In this document: positions 39,943 to 49,165 of the stretch, in pieces | Layout: the number at the start of each line of letters is the position of its first letter | Position numbering within the stretch: the first letter of the stretch is position 1 | Virus record (IMG/VR): IMGVR_UViG_3300027732_000002 | DNA: 64,000 nucleotides | Origin: an uncultured virus (IMG/VR IMGVR_UViG_3300027732_000002) | Lineage: Duplodnaviria > Heunggongvirae > Uroviricota > Caudoviricetes | Strand: one strand, 5' to 3' | Translations under genes and position numbers: made by a program | The notes under the pieces: generated by a model | What the model saw: only the letters and a program-made list of their open reading frames with translations | Told to the model about the DNA's origin: nothing | The model's database searches: none

Positions 39943-40899
39943 ATGAGCTTAGCCGGACCCGCTTTTAAACAGCATTTAGTAGAATTTATTACAGGCACAG
40001 GTGTTATCACGGACGGCGTGACTGATGCAACAAACATTACAAGTACTTTTACTTGGACTGTACCTGTTGGTGTTGTCAACTTATTGATTTCTGGTTGCGG
40101 AGGAGGCGGCGGGGGTGGCGGTGGCTATGGTTTAACTACATCAAGATCAGGTGGTAGCGGTGCAGCTAGTGGTTTATCATTTTGTAACTATCCAGCAACA
40201 GTTATTCCAGGCTCAACACTTACTATTACTTTAGGCACAGGGGGCACTTTGGGTGCTGTAGGCGTTAACGGTGGTGATGGGGGCAATACTACCGTAACAA
40301 ACCTTGCACCTAGATCGTGGGCTACTTTGCTAATGTCTGGAATTACTCCAACTGCAGGAAAATTGACTATTAAATCTGGTGGTGGTGGTAGCGCGGGGCA
40401 AGTTTCTTCTGGTGCTGGTGGTACTGGTAATGCTTCAGGTACCACATTGGGGTGGTCAAATTCCAGCGGTGGAGCTGGCACTGCGGTAGCTGCGAGTCCT
40501 GGTAGTGGTGGTATTGGTGGCGAAACAAATACTTTTCATCCGGCTTTTGGTTGTATTGTTTATGGCCACGGAGGCAGCGGGGGTGGTGGTGCTAGTACCA
40601 GTGCAACTACTAATGGTGGTGGCGGTGGATCGTGGCGGGGATCTGGTGGTCGCACCATGAATGCAGAGTGGCAGTTTACAGGTGCTAGACTCGGATCTAA
40701 CGACGGAACCAACAGTTATGGTGGTGGCGGAGACGGCGGACCCAGTGCTTATGGTTATCCAGGTGCTGGTGGAACAGGCAATACAGCAGCTGGTACAGGA
40801 ACTGGTTTTGGTTTTGGTGGTAGTGGCGGTGGCGGAAATGCTGCTGGTTCTGCAGGTGGACCGGGCTATTTAGCCATTACATACTGGAGCGCAGAATAA
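39943..40899 (+). CDS. Glycine-rich domain protein (fibre/adhesin-like)
   Basis: TFTWTVPVGV..GCGGGGGGGG..TITLGTGG..GGPGYLAITY pattern. Confidence 0.7.
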   Translation: MSLAGPAFKQHLVEFITGTGVITDGVTDATNITSTFTWTVPVGVVNLLISGCGGGGGGGGGYGLTTSRSGGSGAASGLSFCNYPATVIPGSTLTITLGTGGTLGAVGVNGGDGGNTTVTNLAPRSWATLLMSGITPTAGKLTIKSGGGGSAGQVSSGAGGTGNASGTTLGWSNSSGGAGTAVAASPGSGGIGGETNTFHPAFGCIVYGHGGSGGGGASTSATTNGGGGGSWRGSGGRTMNAEWQFTGARLGSNDGTNSYGGGGDGGPSAYGYPGAGGTGNTAAGTGTGFGFGGSGGGGNAAGSAGGPGYLAITYWSAE

Positions 40900-41252
40900 T
40901 GGCTATTGCAGAAATCTACAACAACTCAGCCACAATTGGAACAACTGAGTACGACTTACCCACCAACTCTACTTCCGCAGTGTCGTCCCAGACTGCCCAC
41001 GGTATTTACCAACTATTTTTAGATCTTAGCGCACTTACTGCAACTGAGGAATACAGACTACGCATCTACGAAAAAGTTCGGACTACAAGCACGCAACGTG
41101 TAGTCGAAGAAATCATTATTTCCGGCTCACAAAGCCCCCAACCAGTGCTGGTTACACCAGCGCTACTGCTAAAAAATGGTTGGTCGTACACACTTAAAAA
41201 GAACCAGGGAACTGATCGCACCATTGAGTGGTCAATAAGACAGGTGGCATAA
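40899..41252 (+). CDS. Putative structural protein
   Basis: 117-aa ORF with TAATG overlap. Confidence 0.6.
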   Translation: MAIAEIYNNSATIGTTEYDLPTNSTSAVSSQTAHGIYQLFLDLSALTATEEYRLRIYEKVRTTSTQRVVEEIIISGSQSPQPVLVTPALLLKNGWSYTLKKNQGTDRTIEWSIRQVA

Positions 41253-44200
41253 ATGTTTTTTACACCACTACTACAGGGTGGGGTTAGTAGTGGTAACACT
41301 AGAACTCTAGTCTGTGTTAATAATATAGCAAAACGCACAACACAACCCCAAACTACTCCTCAAATTTCTAACTACTGGAAGTCACGTGGGTTTAAGTGGG
41401 TAGTCAACGGCACAGAACCACGCGAATTGGTTTCTGGTATTACACTAGACCCTACTGCTGGCGCTACTACAGAAGTAAATCACTCCGGCAAAGCACTAGC
41501 CAACAGGTCAACTGGTGTTGGCTGGACAAAGTCCATTACATCATCGCCTGCAAAGGAAGCGACCTTAGTTTGGTTTGGTGATTTTTATGCGTCCACTATT
41601 GGCAACCCATTTGTGGCTGGAGTTTTACCAAATCTTACAGATGGTGGCCCCTACTCAAATGTAGCTCTTATTAGAAACAGGACTGGCGCGGGTACCGGAT
41701 CAATCGGTTATTTTTATGCTGATACACCGGGCAATGTTACTTTTGTATCGTCACCATATTCTGACTATAACGAAGCAAAAAATCTAGGCATAGTAGCAAA
41801 AATAAAAGACGGAAGCCAAAAACTATTTACTAATAAAAGAGGTTTAGAGTTAACAACTACTACCGCACTAGTCGGTGGTGGACTGTACACTGCAACTCCG
41901 ATTCTTACCATAGGTTCCGGCAATCCCACAAGAACTGCAGATGCTTCTTGCTCGTTCTTTGCTGTATCCGACCAGTTCCTGACGGATGCCGAGTGTTTAT
42001 CCCTAGCAAAAAACCCTTGGCAAATCTTTAAACCCGCCACAAAACCAATCTATGTTGCAGCTAAAAGCCTAACAAGACGTTCAGTTCCAGTACTACGCCG
42101 CATAAGAAAAACACAACCACAAACCCCCACAAAGATCAACTGGTCAAATCCCCTTACACAGGGCTTAGTGGTCGCAATCAATCCAGCTGCGCCAGACCCT
42201 CAACTGATACGTGTTGGTACTCCGACATATCTACCAACTCCCTACGGTGTTGCACTTAAAAATCCAAACGACACCACGGTCAATGGTCTAACAAAAACAG
42301 TCAAAACGATGGGCAGCGCAGCCACGATTGTTGCCTACTGTACTATTCCAGAAAACGCTACTACTGCATTTTTGGTTGGTGGTTTTGGTACAAATGGTGC
42401 TGGCAATCAGCTATTTGCTTTCCAAGGAAGTCTACCAACTGGCGGGGTTGGTGCACAAGTACGCGCTGTTATCAGAACAGTAGATGGTGGCGGTCTTAGT
42501 AGTGCTGAAGCTGGTACATACCAACCCATATGGGGTACTGAACTCGCAGTTTGGATTGGTGTCTATGATGGAACTGGCGCTCTTACTATTTACAGAAATG
42601 GTGTAGATATTACTGCCAGTAGATTCACTGGATCTGCTTCTGGATCAATATCTACTCTAGACAACTTTTCTCTAGGTTTTATCAATCGCGGTACTGATGC
42701 CAGCAGTGGCCCAAATACCCAAAACTTGCTAGGGTTAGGATTTAATCGCGCACTAAGTCCACAAGAAGTTTATGCACTATCAAAAAATCCGTGGCAAATC
42801 TTTAAATCAGTTGACAAACCAATCTACTTGTCCTCCGTACCCCGCCCACGAAGTTTTGTGAGGGTAAAAACCAAGCCACAAATAAAACAACCTCAAAAAT
42901 CAACAAAGATTAATTGGTCCAATCCGATCACTAAAGGGTTAGTAAAAGCCGTTAATGCTGCTGTATCAGACCCTACAGTTACGCTTCTTGGCACTAGTCC
43001 TACACCCCTCAAAGTAACTTCACCAGTTGGCATTGGTTACAGTGCAAACGGTGCTACATCATACTGGCAAGCATCACCAACTGCTTTAGCTTCACTAAAC
43101 CCTACTTGGACTATACTAGCAATAGTTAGTAATTTTACTGGAATTACTAATGGTGGTGGTTATGGTCTATACGTAGAACGCCCTAATAGCACACAAATTG
43201 TAAAAATTGTAGCAGGCCAAAATGAAAGTTTTAGTACTGCTGAGTTTACTTGCAGAGACTTAACTGGCAACTTAATACAAATGCGTCCTAGTTATGGTTC
43301 TGGTGGCGGACCTAATGTTGCAGACGGTAAGCCACACGTTATGGTATTTACCCGTAGGGCTTCTAATAACCACCGTGGCTGGATTGATGGTGTAGAGCGG
43401 GTATTTAACACTACCACTAATATTAATGGTGCTTTTGGGGCTACAAATGCTACTATTGGTCGAGATCCTTTTGATTCAGTAACTTTTAACGGTTCCATAC
43501 CTCTAGTAATGGTTTGGAATCGCAGTCTGTCAGATAAAGAACTACTAAGTATTAGTCAAAATCCTTGGCAGGTTTTCAAAGCACCAAATGACGCACTTTA
43601 CTTAGAGCAGCCCCCCTCCACTATTGTGTCCAACGGCCTAGTAATTCATTTAGATGCTGCTAATCCTAACAGTTATTCTGGAACTGGAACAACCTGGAGT
43701 GATTTAAGTGGTAGTGGTAATATAGGAACACTAACAAACGGACCGAGCTATACTGCTGATAACTCTGGAGCTGTTGTTTTTGATGGGATTGATGATCATG
43801 TTCAAATAACAGGTAATGCTTCAAACACTCCGGCATCAATGACTTTGTTTTGTTTTATCTATCCACAAAATACAAGACCCGAAGAAATTATAGCAACTCA
43901 AAATTTTGGTAATGGTTATAGATTAATGACCAAAATCTATAGTGGAGATAATCCTAGCAACCGTTGGGGATTTCGTCCAAGTTCAGGTGGTACGGAATAC
44001 CAATCGCCAACATTGTTATCAAATAATAACTGGTATTGTTTAGCAGTAACCTATACACCGTCATCTGTTTCAGGATACGTTAATGGTGTTCTAGATTGGA
44101 CTGTAGCAAATCCAGATGCTTTAGTGCATGGTGGTAATATACACCTAGGGGACGGAATAGGCGGAGCGCAACGTCATTTTCAGGGAAAACTCCCTGTGTT

Positions 44201-44750
44201 TATGATGTACAACAGAGCACTCTCTGCACAAGAAGTACTACAAAACTACAATGCACTAGCTCCACGGTACGCTACAACAACACAAACCACACTAACCACA
44301 CTACTTGCCCCACTCTTTGCGGGTGTGAACAATTTATACAACCACACAGTTAGTTCATTTAGAGTGCTACTAGCTAGTCTATATACTAACACCAGCACCT
44401 TATATAACGGATCAGTTAGTTCGATCAGAGTGCTGCTAGCAAGTCTATATAGCAATAGCAGTAGTTTATATAACCACACAGTAGATATCTGGCAAAATAG
44501 TGTTATTAACTACTTAAGTAACTTACGTACTAAGGTAGTTACTGCTACAACTAAAGCAATAACTGCTGTTAGTACGACAAGAACTAAGGTTATTGAAGCG
44601 GGCATAAAAACTTTGTCAGTATTAAGTGCTACTAGAACAAAGTTATTTAGTCCAACAGCCAAGTCGGTTTCACTTGTTTCAGACTCAAGAACCAAGTTAT
44701 TTACACCTGAAACCAAGAGCAAGACTTTTACCACCACAACGAGAGGATAA
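41253..44750 (+). CDS. Multi-LamG/ConA-like domain protein
   Basis: Three modules ending LS..E...L.KNPWQ.FK, a fourth NGLVIHLDAANPNSYSG..YNRALSAQEV LamG module, then LYTN and RTK repeats. Confidence 0.8.
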   Translation: MFFTPLLQGGVSSGNTRTLVCVNNIAKRTTQPQTTPQISNYWKSRGFKWVVNGTEPRELVSGITLDPTAGATTEVNHSGKALANRSTGVGWTKSITSSPAKEATLVWFGDFYASTIGNPFVAGVLPNLTDGGPYSNVALIRNRTGAGTGSIGYFYADTPGNVTFVSSPYSDYNEAKNLGIVAKIKDGSQKLFTNKRGLELTTTTALVGGGLYTATPILTIGSGNPTRTADASCSFFAVSDQFLTDAECLSLAKNPWQIFKPATKPIYVAAKSLTRRSVPVLRRIRKTQPQTPTKINWSNPLTQGLVVAINPAAPDPQLIRVGTPTYLPTPYGVALKNPNDTTVNGLTKTVKTMGSAATIVAYCTIPENATTAFLVGGFGTNGAGNQLFAFQGSLPTGGVGAQVRAVIRTVDGGGLSSAEAGTYQPIWGTELAVWIGVYDGTGALTIYRNGVDITASRFTGSASGSISTLDNFSLGFINRGTDASSGPNTQNLLGLGFNRALSPQEVYALSKNPWQIFKSVDKPIYLSSVPRPRSFVRVKTKPQIKQPQKSTKINWSNPITKGLVKAVNAAVSDPTVTLLGTSPTPLKVTSPVGIGYSANGATSYWQASPTALASLNPTWTILAIVSNFTGITNGGGYGLYVERPNSTQIVKIVAGQNESFSTAEFTCRDLTGNLIQMRPSYGSGGGPNVADGKPHVMVFTRRASNNHRGWIDGVERVFNTTTNINGAFGATNATIGRDPFDSVTFNGSIPLVMVWNRSLSDKELLSISQNPWQVFKAPNDALYLEQPPSTIVSNGLVIHLDAANPNSYSGTGTTWSDLSGSGNIGTLTNGPSYTADNSGAVVFDGIDDHVQITGNASNTPASMTLFCFIYPQNTRPEEIIATQNFGNGYRLMTKIYSGDNPSNRWGFRPSSGGTEYQSPTLLSNNNWYCLAVTYTPSSVSGYVNGVLDWTVANPDALVHGGNIHLGDGIGGAQRHFQGKLPVFMMYNRALSAQEVLQNYNALAPRYATTTQTTLTTLLAPLFAGVNNLYNHTVSSFRVLLASLYTNTSTLYNGSVSSIRVLLASLYSNSSSLYNHTVDIWQNSVINYLSNLRTKVVTATTKAITAVSTTRTKVIEAGIKTLSVLSATRTKLFSPTAKSVSLVSDSRTKLFTPETKSKTFTTTTRG

Positions 44751-44751
44751 T

Positions 44752-45057
44752 ATGGCAATCTTAGGATCCATGATAAAACAACCTAATGAAATTCTAGATT
44801 TCGATATTGACTATACTACTGTTTTAGCTGGTAGAGTGGACACTCTTACTACCCCCTCAGTAACTATTAGTGTTGTAACAGGTACCAACACTACCCCACT
44901 AACTGCACCAACTCCCACTATTAGTGGTAACTTGGTGAAAGTAGTAGTTTCTGCAGGAACTGATGGTGTTACTTACAAAGCAACAGTAGTTGTAAATACA
45001 ACACCCGCAGGTCTGCGATATGAAGATGAAGTAACTCTAGTCGTACAGGATACATAA
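44752..45057 (+). CDS. Putative fibre adaptor protein
   Basis: GAGGA SD; KQPNEILDFDIDY..GTDGVTYK pattern. Confidence 0.6.
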   Translation: MAILGSMIKQPNEILDFDIDYTTVLAGRVDTLTTPSVTISVVTGTNTTPLTAPTPTISGNLVKVVVSAGTDGVTYKATVVVNTTPAGLRYEDEVTLVVQDT

Positions 45058-45377
45058 TGCCAACAGTTCAAATTAAACCTGCGGGGTCGGTACTACCACG
45101 TGTGGAAAAGTACGCAAAAGAAACCATTGTTTATCGCCTAGACTGTGCTGCACTACTAGAACCAATGGAGCTAGTAGGAAGCGCTGCACCAATTAATGTT
45201 CCTGAAGGCGTTGTGGTGGTCAAATGTCGTGCTAAGGACGGTAATGCCATTGAAGTTACTATTAGCAATACCGACCTTGAAGTACAGGTCTACCAAGACT
45301 TCATCATTAACATTGCCTACGAAACTACTGCAGGCAATACGCGTGTAGCTAGCTTTCAGCTACGAGTACACCGCTAA
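45057..45377 (+). CDS. Hypothetical protein, possible second adaptor paralog
   Basis: KYAKETIVYRLD..TTAGNTR resembles the preceding ORF. Confidence 0.5.
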   Translation: MPTVQIKPAGSVLPRVEKYAKETIVYRLDCAALLEPMELVGSAAPINVPEGVVVVKCRAKDGNAIEVTISNTDLEVQVYQDFIINIAYETTAGNTRVASFQLRVHR

Positions 45378-45733
45378 TGTTTAATAAGTACATTATTCAA
45401 CTAGTAATTGTTGGAGCAGTATTAGGGTTTCTAGGGTTGGCCTACAGCTGGGTCTATAACCGTGGATACGTAACCGCCAACCTAGAATGTGATCAAAAGT
45501 TTCAGGCTTATGAGTCCAAGCTAAACAATCAGCTTGATGTTTTAGAGGCTAACCTCCAGACCATTAACACGGACTTAGTACAAAAGCAGTCTGAGCTGGT
45601 TGTGGACGTACAGACCATCCTACAAAAAGTAAAGTCAAAGCCTACGATTATTGTAAAAGAAGGTCGTTGTACCCTACAGCCAGAATTTGTGGATAGCATC
45701 AACCAAGCAATTCAAAGAGTAAACCAAGAATGA
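45377..45733 (+). CDS. Putative inner-membrane spanin (Rz-like)
   Basis: Single N-terminal TM segment plus coiled coil with Cys; next to a lipoprotein and a lysin. Confidence 0.7.
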   Translation: MFNKYIIQLVIVGAVLGFLGLAYSWVYNRGYVTANLECDQKFQAYESKLNNQLDVLEANLQTINTDLVQKQSELVVDVQTILQKVKSKPTIIVKEGRCTLQPEFVDSINQAIQRVNQE

Positions 45734-46011
45734 AAAAACTACATTTATTCTGCATTTTGCTTGCTACAATGTTGATCGGCTGTAGTTCAGTTCCAGAAAA
45801 TCCAAAACAAGTAATCCAACAAAAACAGATTTACGTTGACAGTAACTTGTTAAGGCTGTGTGAACCACTACCGCTGTACGACGCTGCAAAGCCAATGGAA
45901 ACCTATCTACTGGAGCACTATATCACCACTATTCAAATGTACGGTGTTTGTGCTCAACAACAGCGTAAAAGTGTTTTAACAATAAAACACCTAACCAACG
46001 TGAAAGATTAA
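45730..46011 (+). CDS. Putative outer-membrane spanin lipoprotein (Rz1-like)
   Basis: Lipobox MLIG-C; LLRLCEPLP..YGVCA motif. Confidence 0.75.
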   Translation: MKKLHLFCILLATMLIGCSSVPENPKQVIQQKQIYVDSNLLRLCEPLPLYDAAKPMETYLLEHYITTIQMYGVCAQQQRKSVLTIKHLTNVKD

Positions 46012-46012
46012 C

Positions 46013-46414
46013 ATGAAAATTCCTCGTTTTAGAAACTTATTTTTAATTGGTGGTAGCCTTATTATTGTGTTATACTTGGTCCTAAGCGATCCAAATGGTG
46101 GCAATCTTACTCTACCATTTTTAGCTAAACTGGCTACTCCTGTTATTGCAGTGTGGTTTGCTCACCTAGCACGCAAAGCACTATTTGATTACATCGACAT
46201 GGCTAGGCTTTACCAGCTATCAAAAGAAACACCAGTAGGTGCTGGCCTATCTTTCTTAGGAATGTGCGTAGTTATTTTTGGGTTACTAGGGCTATTTGGC
46301 AGCCAGGTTTATGCTCAAGTGCCACAAAATGCTCAAAAGTATGTTCCAACCTTAGTACAAGAACAACAGGCTCACTGGTCCACACACCCAAAGCAGCAGC
46401 CCTTGGTAGTTTAA
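46013..46414 (+). CDS. Holin-like 3-TM protein; N-terminal part of a frameshifted lysin
   Basis: Three hydrophobic segments, then VYA-QVPQNAQKY; ends shortly after C CCA AAG (46387-46393). Confidence 0.65.
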   Translation: MKIPRFRNLFLIGGSLIIVLYLVLSDPNGGNLTLPFLAKLATPVIAVWFAHLARKALFDYIDMARLYQLSKETPVGAGLSFLGMCVVIFGLLGLFGSQVYAQVPQNAQKYVPTLVQEQQAHWSTHPKQQPLVV

Positions 46415-46950
46415 TAGAACACGAGTCTTGTATTTCCTTAACACACTCACGCTGTTGGAGTCCTACGTCTAGGCTTAAATCAGCTCGCGAGGAAGGAGCA
46501 GGGCTTGGTCAACTAACAAGGGCATGGCGTAGCGATGGAACCCTAAGATTTGATGCACTAAAAGAAATTAGGTTCCTACACAAAAAAGAACTAAGCGAAC
46601 TGAGCTGGGACAACATCTATACACGCCCAGATCTACAGATTAGAGCAGTGGTCTTAAAGTCTCGAGACAACTACAACTACTACAGGCCCTACAGCCACAG
46701 CGATCTAGAGGCTCTAGCATTTGCAGATGCTGCTTACAATGGCGGTGTGGGCGGGCTAGACTCAGAACGTAGAGCTTGTAAACTAGCACCTGGTTGTGAC
46801 CATACAAAATGGTTTAACAACGTAGAACTATATTGTTTGAAAAGTAAGGCAGCACTATATGGAAATCGTAGTGCTTGTGACATTAATAGACACCACGTAA
46901 AGGACGTTTTATTGACCAGAATAAGCAAGTACACACTATTTTTTGAATGA
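46387..46950 (+). CDS. Lytic transglycosylase (SLT-like) endolysin domain in the -1 frame
   Basis: IEHESC (catalytic Glu), GAGLGQLT and AAYNGG motifs; no convincing own start. Confidence 0.8.
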   Translation, partial: PKAAALGSLIEHESCISLTHSRCWSPTSRLKSAREEGAGLGQLTRAWRSDGTLRFDALKEIRFLHKKELSELSWDNIYTRPDLQIRAVVLKSRDNYNYYRPYSHSDLEALAFADAAYNGGVGGLDSERRACKLAPGCDHTKWFNNVELYCLKSKAALYGNRSACDINRHHVKDVLLTRISKYTLFFE

Positions 46951-46967
46951 CCTTAGGAGCCTACACT

Positions 46968-47675
46968 ATGGCCAGAAGTACCGGTAAAAGAGCTAGACGT
47001 GATCAACAGTTTGATAGTATTACTAAACCAACCAGCTCACACGGAGTAAAAACTTCGATACAATCAGTAAAACCACTCAACTTTATTCAGGGTGCATATT
47101 TAGATGCTATTAAATCAAATGATATTATCTTTGGCATTGGTTCAGCAGGTACAGGCAAAACCTTTATTGCTGCTACTTATGCAGCAGAGCAGCTGTTTTA
47201 TAAAAAGGTTGACAAAATCATCCTTACGCGCCCAAACATCGAAACGGGTCGTGGACTAGGCTTCCTACCAGGCACACTAGAGGAGAAGTACGCTCCCTAC
47301 TTGTTACCTTTTGACGCCATCTTCAGTCACGCACTAGGTCGTGGGTTTTATGAGTATGCCCTAAAGTCTAAAACAATTGAGCCTACTCCATTAGGATTCC
47401 TACGTGGTACTACCTTTGAAGACTGTATTGTGCTAGTAGACGAAGCACAAAACTGTACTCGTGAGGAAATGAAGATGTTACTTAGCCGCATCGGTCGCAA
47501 CTGCAAAATGATTTTTTCTGGAGATACTGAGCAGGCTGATATTCCTAACTCGGGCCTAGACGATGCCTGCGATAGGCTGGAAAACATCAAGGGCGTGGAA
47601 GTCATCGAGTTCTTAGACGAAGACATTGTACGTAGTGAGATGTGTAAACAAATCATTATGGCGTACAGAAAGTAA
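46968..47675 (+). CDS. phoH: PhoH-family ATPase
   Basis: GSAGTGKT, LGFLPG, FLRGTTF, VDEAQN, SGD and DIVRS motifs; AGGAG SD. Confidence 0.95.
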   Translation: MARSTGKRARRDQQFDSITKPTSSHGVKTSIQSVKPLNFIQGAYLDAIKSNDIIFGIGSAGTGKTFIAATYAAEQLFYKKVDKIILTRPNIETGRGLGFLPGTLEEKYAPYLLPFDAIFSHALGRGFYEYALKSKTIEPTPLGFLRGTTFEDCIVLVDEAQNCTREEMKMLLSRIGRNCKMIFSGDTEQADIPNSGLDDACDRLENIKGVEVIEFLDEDIVRSEMCKQIIMAYRK

Positions 47676-47684
47676 AATTTGTAC

Positions 47685-47718
47685 TTGCACTATTATACAC
47701 AATGTTGTATAATAGTGC
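47685..47718 (+). promoter_or_regulatory. Promoter overlapped by a 12-bp inverted repeat
   Basis: TTGCAC-17 bp-TATAAT; GCACTATTATAC-N8-GTATAATAGTGC. Confidence 0.7.
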
Positions 47719-47743
47719 TTTAGTCAAAACCAAAAGGTAAATT

Positions 47744-48493
47744 ATGGATAATAGCTGTCCGATTGCAACACAGTTTAAGTATATTAATCTAGCTAGCCAC
47801 CTAGTAACTATCAAAGAAGCTAACCTAGGTCCTGCAGATCCACGTGAACCCTCGAACTCTTACTGGGCGGCAAAGTCTGCACTATGGGAAGTACCCGAAG
47901 GTGTAGCACGCACTCGTCTTTGTATGAACTGTGCTCACTACGATAATGCTCCTGAAACCCTAACCTGCCTAGCCACTGGTGAGGGCGGTACCCTAAAAGC
48001 TTCTGACTTACCTGTAACACCTGCTTGGGCGGACATTGAAGGTATGCCAGGTGCAGTATGCACTGTCTGGAATATTAGTTGTTCAGCACTACGTACTTGT
48101 GATAGCTGGGAAGACCCCCGTACAGATCCAGACAATGCTAACGTTGATTTTGGTGAAACCGAAAAAGCCGTGAAGATGTACAAGCCCACAGAGGGAATGG
48201 CTGTAGCAGCCCGACGTGCTCTAGACTGGCGTAAAGAAGGCCATCGTGGTGGTACACTAGTAGGTCTGGCTAGAGCAAATCAACTAGTAAATCGCGAGAA
48301 CTTGTCTGAGTCCACCGTGTTAAGAATGTACAGTTTCTTCTCCAGACACGAAGTCGACAAACAAGCCACTGGTTTTAGTTCTGGTGAAGAAGGCTATCCA
48401 AGCCCAGGCCGCGTTGCTTGGGACCTATGGGGTGGCGATGGTGGTTATACGTGGTCTAAGGGCCATCGTGATACTATCATGAATAATAGATAA
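47744..48493 (+). CDS. Two-domain hypothetical protein (Cys-rich N-domain, basic helical C-domain)
   Basis: CMNC..C..C..CSALRTCDSW, then ARRAL..GGTLVGLARANQL..RMYSFFSRH..AWDLWGG. Confidence 0.7.
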   Translation: MDNSCPIATQFKYINLASHLVTIKEANLGPADPREPSNSYWAAKSALWEVPEGVARTRLCMNCAHYDNAPETLTCLATGEGGTLKASDLPVTPAWADIEGMPGAVCTVWNISCSALRTCDSWEDPRTDPDNANVDFGETEKAVKMYKPTEGMAVAARRALDWRKEGHRGGTLVGLARANQLVNRENLSESTVLRMYSFFSRHEVDKQATGFSSGEEGYPSPGRVAWDLWGGDGGYTWSKGHRDTIMNNR

Positions 48494-48499
48494 TAAAAT

Positions 48500-48536
48500 A
48501 AAGCCCACTAAGGTTGATGACCTAGTGGGCTTTTTT
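48500..48536 (+). terminator. Intrinsic terminator
   Basis: AAAGCCCACT...AGTGGGCTTTTTT. Confidence 0.85.
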
Positions 48537-48568
48537 ACGTCCGGAAATTCAAGTATATAATTTTGGTA

Positions 48569-48597
48569 TTGACTTATATACCCATAAAGTATATAAT
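48569..48597 (+). promoter_or_regulatory. Sigma70-type promoter of the collagen cassette
   Basis: TTGACT-17 bp-TATAAT. Confidence 0.8.
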
Positions 48598-48640
48598 GGG
48601 TATATTGACTTTGGTACCAAAATTTTTAATAAGGACAACC

Positions 48641-49165
48641 ATGTTTTCACCCTTTAATCCGTTTATGCAAACTCAGTCCTTGTTTCCACTTAGCCAGTCT
48701 CAAGGATTTTTCCTATTTGAACCCAGCCCACTAGTAAGTATTGGTGGATGCGGAGACGATATTATTAACATTGGAGGTTCTGTAATACCGGGACCACCAG
48801 GACCACCAGGACCACCAGGACCACCAGGACCACCAGGACCACCAGGACCACCAGGACCACCGGGCCCTCCCGGCCCACCGGGTACTCCGGGCCTAGTTCC
48901 TGTTACTGATATTATTGACAACTATACCGCACTATCAACGGACTACTTTTTATGCGTTTTAACTATAGCACCTGTAACTATCACTCTGCCTGTAGGCATA
49001 CTAGGTACAGTTTATATAATAAAAGATTGTAGTGGAAATGCGGGTACTGAGAATATTACTATTCAAGGAACAGGGCAGACTGTGGACGCTGGTATTGCTA
49101 CTATTAATGTTCCCTATGGCAGTGTAACAGTAGTATTTAATGGTTATAGTTGGAGCATAGTATGA
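48641..49165 (+). CDS. Collagen-like protein, (GPP)10 plus C-terminal beta domain
   Basis: AAGGA SD at ATG 48641; ten GPP triplets followed by GTP. Confidence 0.8.
   Translation: MFSPFNPFMQTQSLFPLSQSQGFFLFEPSPLVSIGGCGDDIINIGGSVIPGPPGPPGPPGPPGPPGPPGPPGPPGPPGPPGTPGLVPVTDIIDNYTALSTDYFLCVLTIAPVTITLPVGILGTVYIIKDCSGNAGTENITIQGTGQTVDAGIATINVPYGSVTVVFNGYSWSIV
48791..48889 (+). repeat. (GGACCACCA)x7 plus degenerate copies encoding Gly-Pro-Pro
   Basis: Read directly. Confidence 0.9.

Noticed and set aside
18575..44750. Diversity-generating retroelement or invertible fibre cassette
   Set aside because: No reverse transcriptase, invertase or adenine-mismatched TR/VR pair was seen.
18949..44758. Many minus-strand ORFs (e.g. 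28793..29467, 24574..24906, 37937..38278)
   Set aside because: They are antisense shadows of Thr/Gly-rich + strand genes, without SD sites or recognisable motifs.
46264..46386. GTG start at 46264 for an independent endolysin
   Set aside because: It gives an implausible N-terminus overlapping the TM gene; the natural domain start (QVPQNAQKY..HW) lies in the other frame.
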